Source of the DNA: Craspedostauros australis
Lineage: Eukaryota
Reading direction: 5' to 3'
DNA length: 64,000 nt
Assembly: GCA_030167865.1 (NCBI GenBank)
Contig: JALAGF010000286.1
Location: 1 to 64,000, forward strand
Shown here: positions 58,274 through 64,000 of the stretch, in pieces
Layout: each line of letters opens with the position of its first letter
Numbering within the stretch: the stretch's first letter is position 1
Made by a program: the position numbers and the translations under genes
The notes under the pieces: generated by a model
Database searches by the model: none
What the model was told of the DNA's origin: nothing
What the model saw: only the letters and a program-made list of their open reading frames with translations

Positions 58274-60305
58274 GCGGGCAGCCCGCTCGTATTCGTAGGC
58301 AATGGAGGCGACGTTCCAAGAGCGCTCTGCTGGTGTTTTTGCGATCAAGATGGTGTCAGCAGAGACGGAAAGGCAGTGCTACATGCGATGGTTGCAGGTG
58401 GCTGGTTGCTGATTGGCAGGTTGGTGGATAGGTGGATAGGGTTCGATGGTGGTCCTCGTTTGTTGATGCTGTCGATGTCGTTGATCCCGTTGATGCTTGG
58501 TGCATCCATCGCAAGGGTGGGATGGAGGCAGACTTTCGATCAACAGTTGATGCAGATGCTGATGTTGCTGGAAGTGATGTGGCTCGCCGAATTCGTCCGT
58601 TTTGTCGTCCTACGAGCTACTCGCAGCAGCAGCTGTGGCCGTCGCTGTCGCTGTGATTGTTGTGAATGTGGATGTGGACGTTTGCTTGTCCCACCACCCG
58701 CGTGTTGTCGCAGATCTCCTTGTGCGGTTGCTGTTCTTTCTCGCTGGTGTCGAGGAACAGTAGTGAGGATACTGTGGGCGCATCGCAATACAAGGTGCGA
58801 GGTTCGTTTCCCGCTTTGGGGACGAAGCGCGATACTGCCTGTGGTTGCTCGCACACGTACGCAAGCTTCGGTGTGACAACACCGACCAAAACATCAACGC
58901 AAGAGAGCGGTTTCACAGGCCAAACAAGCTGTCGCTGTTTGCGCCAATCAACACGCGCAAACAACAAGGGGAAGCCAGAACACTCGAAACCAATAGACGT
59001 CCATGGATAAATTGTGAGGACAAAGGCTGCAAGACCAAGACCAAACGCGCAAACAGCGCAGAAGCCGAAAGTGTCGCATAGATTAAATGATGGTGTCTCA
59101 ACACGACATCTTATCGGTCGTGCGGTCATAATACTGTTAATAGCTTTGGTGTCTGTGACACCGCTGAAGGCTTAGATCTGAGCTGAGGTTCTAGCGTTCA
59201 CATTTTGAAACCCAATCGTACAAACCAAAAACGCGATGGACAAGGCACGAAACGTCACCAAACAACCCCAAGGCGCGAACTACTGTCGCGAAGACACCCC
59301 CACCAGATGCGGACAAGAAACAGAGAGGGAGGGAAGACAGGGCGAACGACGCCCCAAGGCTCTTGTCAACCAGCTGACCAACCAACAAGCCAACGGTGTC
59401 GGTACGTTCGCAGAGAGAGAGAGTAGAACAGAGAAGCGCAGAGCGGAGTAAATGCAGGCGAAGCAACATCAAAGCTATCGCCCATCCACACAAGCGGAAC
59501 TAACAACCACACCGACACAGCACTATCGCAAAGAGGTTGGCCTCCATTGTCAACTCGGCACTCTATACTTGTACGAGTACGTATGGTAAGTAGTACCTTT
59601 GAGAAGAAGCCTCCGTCCTCTGGTCGTATGCAGGATTTCAAATAGTGCAGAGTGTGCCGCATAGGTCGTAGCCCACCCACAATACCGATCGACATTCCCC
59701 CACTCGCACACCCGAGCCTGGTGCGATCGCGACGATGGTCGTGAAAGTGCTTTGCCTCCCCTGCCCACATGGTGCTCTGGTGCTCGTCCATGGAGATTGA
59801 ATTGACAACAACCAAGAAACATGGCATCGCAAACGCCCACGTCTCGATTCGGCACACAATTCCAAGTTTGCGACTTATTCGAATGAGTCGACTATTTAGG
59901 GGGTGGGTGACCTGGTGGTAACCACATTTTTTACCGCAACTCCCACTCCACCCCCTTTCTGCGACAACAACTTGGCGCCAAAAAGAATCTTCCGTGTCAA
60001 CAGATGAGAACCGAACCGCAACGCAATCTGTGCTGGGTTCTTCTGACCATCTTGTGTTTCTGCTGTCATCCCCGTCCTCTTGCTCTCTCTCTCTCTTCTC
60101 TTGGAGGAGAATCTGTCACGAGAAGAAAGAGTTCTTGTGCGTTCATGTTACCCACGCGTTGCCCAACACACACACCAAGAGGAGGAAGTCGTTGCAATCT
60201 CACAAAAACAAACGAGCGAGAGCTGTCAACCTCCAACTCCCAAGACAACAGCAAAGCCAACATCAACAAGAACATCAATAGCATCGACAGCACCAAGCAC
60301 GCATC

Positions 60306-61256
60306 ATGAAGAGCCCCTCCACTATCCCTTTCCTTCTCACTACGCTTCTCCTTGCTGCAGCAGGATACCCAGCAGCCGCCGGCGCGACGTCCTCGCACGC
60401 GGAGGACACGCCAGATGACAACGCTGCACCAGCCAACGGGGGCGACTGGGTGGGTAAAATCTCCAAGTCGAACGTTGATGGCGGCGCTAGGGTACGCCGA
60501 TCTCGCGGAGGATCACCGGTGCAATCTTCCTCCGCTGCCTTCTCGTCTTCCATATCCGACAACCGAAAGCACAGAGCTTCGAAGCGTAATGCGCCCAAGA
60601 CACCGCACGCGGGCACTGATGTGACCAAGAAGGTCACCGCGGCAGATTCCCTCTTTGCCTCTGTCAGCAAGGTGCCATGCAACGAGAACGGCGTCGTCCA
60701 TGCCTGGTGCAGCAACGCCATCAGCAACTCGGATCTTGCATGCGCCATCGACCCCGCAAGCAATATGTATGCTTGCCGGTGCGACGAAGATACATCCCAT
60801 TGCCCGACTGAGTGCATCCAGCCAAACTCAGATAGCGCGAGCGTTCCCATCGCTCCGTTCCAAACCGCACCCCATTCCATCGTTTGCCGCGGAATCCCCG
60901 AGGATGAACCGAACTACATTCTCGTGCGACCAAAGGAGGTCACATCCAAGTTGCCCTTGCACCATTGCGAGAACAACGCGCTTGTCGCCAACTGGTGCAA
61001 CGAAGGCCAGGCAGCCATAATCGACGACAGAAACAAGCTGAAGCTGAAGGGGGAAAACAAAGACGGCAACTTGGACTGCCTCCTCCTTCCAGCACTGGAT
61101 GAGTACGTTTGCACCTGCTACGGCAATCGTGCTGCTTGCCCACAGGATTGCGTCAACGGCGAGAAGCCCGATCGCGTGTCGGCCCATGCCATCCGTTGCA
61201 GTGGCATTCCGCAAGACACGCCCAACTACGTGTTAGTGGAATCGAAGCACAAGTAG
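60306..61256 (+). CDS. Secreted protein with two copies of an 8-Cys domain
   Basis: Signal peptide; internal duplication ending in CRGIPEDEPNYILV and CSGIPQDTPNYVLV. Confidence 0.85.
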   Translation: MKSPSTIPFLLTTLLLAAAGYPAAAGATSSHAEDTPDDNAAPANGGDWVGKISKSNVDGGARVRRSRGGSPVQSSSAAFSSSISDNRKHRASKRNAPKTPHAGTDVTKKVTAADSLFASVSKVPCNENGVVHAWCSNAISNSDLACAIDPASNMYACRCDEDTSHCPTECIQPNSDSASVPIAPFQTAPHSIVCRGIPEDEPNYILVRPKEVTSKLPLHHCENNALVANWCNEGQAAIIDDRNKLKLKGENKDGNLDCLLLPALDEYVCTCYGNRAACPQDCVNGEKPDRVSAHAIRCSGIPQDTPNYVLVESKHK

Positions 61257-61814
61257 GGCCGCAAGTCAACAGATCGCAGCGCAGAAGCAGTGGCGAAATC
61301 GTCTGTCCACACCTTGGTGACGACGAAGCAAACTAAACGATTGCGTGGCGAGAGTTCATTTGAGCAGGACCGCGAACCAATCCAAATTACTTTACGAGCT
61401 ACTACACTCCATTTTACCCTATTCTGCTCGACTCTACTCTACTCTGCACGACTCTCCACTGCTCTATGAGCACTCTCTCGTAACCAATCAACGAGCCAGT
61501 TATTCAACGATAGTTCTCTAATACGGGTACATCAACAACACTCTTATCAACCATACGTACTATACATTTCATTGCGATTTGGGTGCCACGGCAAACATCT
61601 ACTCCACCCAGGCATGCCAAGCGCTGGAACAAACCTGCAACAGCTGCGGCCGCTGCCCCTATCCTCTCGAAACATGGCTTGTATAGTACCATGAGCAGAC
61701 TTGTGAAAGCAATTCACACGAGAGACCGGTATGTGCATCACCCAATTCACTTATTCATTCATTCATTGATTTGCGTACGATGTCCAACATATTCTGATAT
61801 CCATGCTACTCTGT

Positions 61815-62705
61815 TTAAGCCGTACCAGCAAGCAGCGCCGCCGTGGACCCAATTAGCATGCCGGCAATCGCGAGGCCGTGCGCAGAGGTAGAAGATGTTG
61901 TCGGCGCCATGGTTGGCGGGCCCGTCGGGGGCTTTGTCGTCACAGTAATGTTAGACTTTGGACAATCGGCATCTGTGAAGGTTGACGTGTACTTGAGATC
62001 CCAGATGCTTCCCTTCACCTGTTGGTGTCGGCATCGTTGGCAGTTATCAATATTGTTCGCACCACCACGGCATTCGTCATTTCCGGCGATTGCGCAAGTC
62101 ATTGGACAGAAGAAAAGGAGACGCAGGGCGGAGGTGAGATCATGAATGACAAATCGCAGGCCGCCATGCACTCGTGCGCTGCTCGTGCGAGTCTGGCGAT
62201 GGGAGTTTGATTCGAATCATTGTCTCCGTATTGCGTCGTCCTTCTGCTTTTTTGCATAATGGAGGCAGGTCTGGGACATCGTGCGATGGATTGCACGAGG
62301 AGGGCACCTTAGCGTAGCCGCCTTTGCCTTGGGCCATTCCTCTTTGCAATCATCTTTCGATGGAATGCAGCATCGAGGAGCCACCTCTCCTTCATCCCTA
62401 CCATCGCGCTGCTTCGTTCCTTTCGTCTCCAACGCTGTGAAAGCAAGTTTAGCCTTGACATCGTTGGACATGTCACTTACGATGCAATAGCCATTGGTCA
62501 CATTGAGAAAGCAGCCACCATCCGGCGCATCAAAGAGGGAGCAACAGTCGCCTTCGAATTCATGCGTGTCGTTGATGTCTTCGCAAGAGACCTCGGCGTC
62601 GGTGTGCAGCTCGGCCTCCTCATCGCGCTCGCTCAGCGCCGCAAGGGAAGATCCCATGAGGACGGCAACTGCCATCATGGCCAAAAGGAACCGTTTGGAG
62701 TTCAT
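61815..62705 (-). CDS. Small putatively GPI-anchored Cys-rich surface protein (~142 aa); exons 62705-62481 and 62018-61815; alternative ATG at 62735
   Basis: Signal peptide. Donor ATC|GTAAGT at 62480 and acceptor CAG at 62019 give GYCI-VKGSIW. Six Cys, a P/T stalk, and a C-terminal small-residue plus hydrophobic tail (SSTSAHGLAIAGMLIGSTAALLAGTA). Confidence 0.78.
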
Positions 62706-64000
62706 CGCGCTCCTTCTCTGTGCTGATGTCTTCATCTTCGATATTTGTGGATTATAGTTCAATTCTGTGTGTTCGAGTAGTGTAATAGCACTCTGCAACC
62801 AAAGAGGAAAAGGTCGTTGGTGCTATTGCGATGCCAAAGGTACGAATAGTAGGTATGTGCGTATGTGCATGCGATTGTTGCGGTGAACTGATTTGGTTTG
62901 ATGTTGTTGTCTTTTTTCTCACAGAATCCATTGCTTCTGTCTGCGGTGACAACACGAGAACGACGCACAAAATCGCCAATGAGGATCGCCGCGGAGAAAA
63001 CCGCCGAAAAGTGACCATCATCGGTCATTCCATTTCAAATAAGCACTATACAAGTACTTCTTGTTCTCGTCAACACCCCCGACTCGACATCATTTGAGTC
63101 ACGATGTCGGATTCAACCGAATGATTCAGTCGTGTACCGCGCCAATCCGATCGACACGTCTGATTTCAAAACGGTCATCTTCCCTCCCCGTTCGCTGGCG
63201 TTGGTGGTACCAAAACGGACAAGGATGTCAACAAGGAATAGTCGTAGTACAGAATGTAAGCAGCTGCTCTTTGTGGACAGCCAACTCTCGCGACGCACCC
63301 CTGTCGCTCCGAAGGGTGAACGTGGCCTGAAATTCAAATTTCTGAGCCGTTGTTCTTGTCGTCCTTTGCGCGGCTATTCTCGCGCGAGCGTGAAGTTCAT
63401 CTCCACCCAGCGCCCGTCCACGACTTGTCCACGGAGTTTCATCTGGATATGGACATGGGGCATCGCCACGCTGCAGGCAGCGGATATCAACGAATGATGA
63501 TCGTCCTATCCAAGAGCTGGTTTGGACCTCAAAGGTTGGAAGAAGTTTGTTGTGGCCGGAATGTCCATATCTCCGTCCTTTGCGAGCTAGTTCGTTTTGA
63601 TCGTAGTCTTTGTCGTGCCTGAGTCGTGATTGTATTGTTGCAACAATCGAACTGGTCAAGTCGGGTGTTTCTGTTTGCATCACGACTGGATAACGGAAAT
63701 TGTAACTGTTGGCTGTTTTGAACCAAACGCCTGGAGTAAGAAATAGTGACGACATCAGGCTGCGAGTATGGTATGTACACACGTACAAGAATGTATTCAT
63801 ACCTGCCGTTCACGTGATGTTCTGTCAGCACTCGTGCAGTTCAGCTCAGGTTTCCGTACGGCATGGTGCCATAGGTACGAGTACACAAGCACTGCACCAA
63901 ACATGATTGCACTCACAGCTGCATCTGACCGGCTCACGAAGTGCGCCATCTCGCGCCAATGCATGCGGATTCATGTAGTCCCATGTCAGCTTGTGTCTTC

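Noticed and set aside
63228-63800. 190-aa minus-strand ORF at the window end
   Set aside because: No recognisable family. It could be the tail of a gene outside the window, but that cannot be supported here.

Overview
This is gene-dense eukaryotic nuclear DNA, almost certainly from a diatom or a closely related stramenopile. The evidence is short GT-AG introns, bipartite plastid-targeting peptides with A-F cleavage motifs, DUF6824-type 'DV(I/L)xxRG' proteins, RxL motifs in secreted proteins and microsatellite-rich spacers. I built about 25 protein-coding gene models, splicing by hand where needed. Recognisable genes are a SUN-domain protein, a plastid DnaJ, QDPR, RNase HII, a Pif1-BRCT helicase, an ankyrin-repeat protein, a CAF16-like ABC ATPase, an EF-hand protein, a DUF1995/LPA3-like protein, a Stc1-like Zn finger, Dcp2, a P-loop kinase, DGAT2, a LITAF protein, Cdc14, an ABHD10-like hydrolase and an ArfGAP. 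There are also several orphan secreted or cell-surface proteins and one decayed duplicate of a Cys-rich gene. I found no supportable tRNA, rRNA, CRISPR array or intact transposon. The best leads are: (1) a ~1019-aa type I membrane protein with two apparent lumenal/extracellular 2H-phosphoesterase (LigT)-like folds; (2) a neighbouring secreted protein with at least 23 tandem repeats, each carrying an NST sequon and a DGSG motif; (3) a head-to-head pair of apparently plastid-targeted RNase HII and Pif1-BRCT genes; (4) an Ataxin-2 LsmAD-like motif inside Dcp2; (5) a 14-nt micro-exon that completes a DUF6824 domain; and (6) a hidden pseudogene copy of the Cys-rich gene. All family calls come from recognising motifs by eye; no database search was run.
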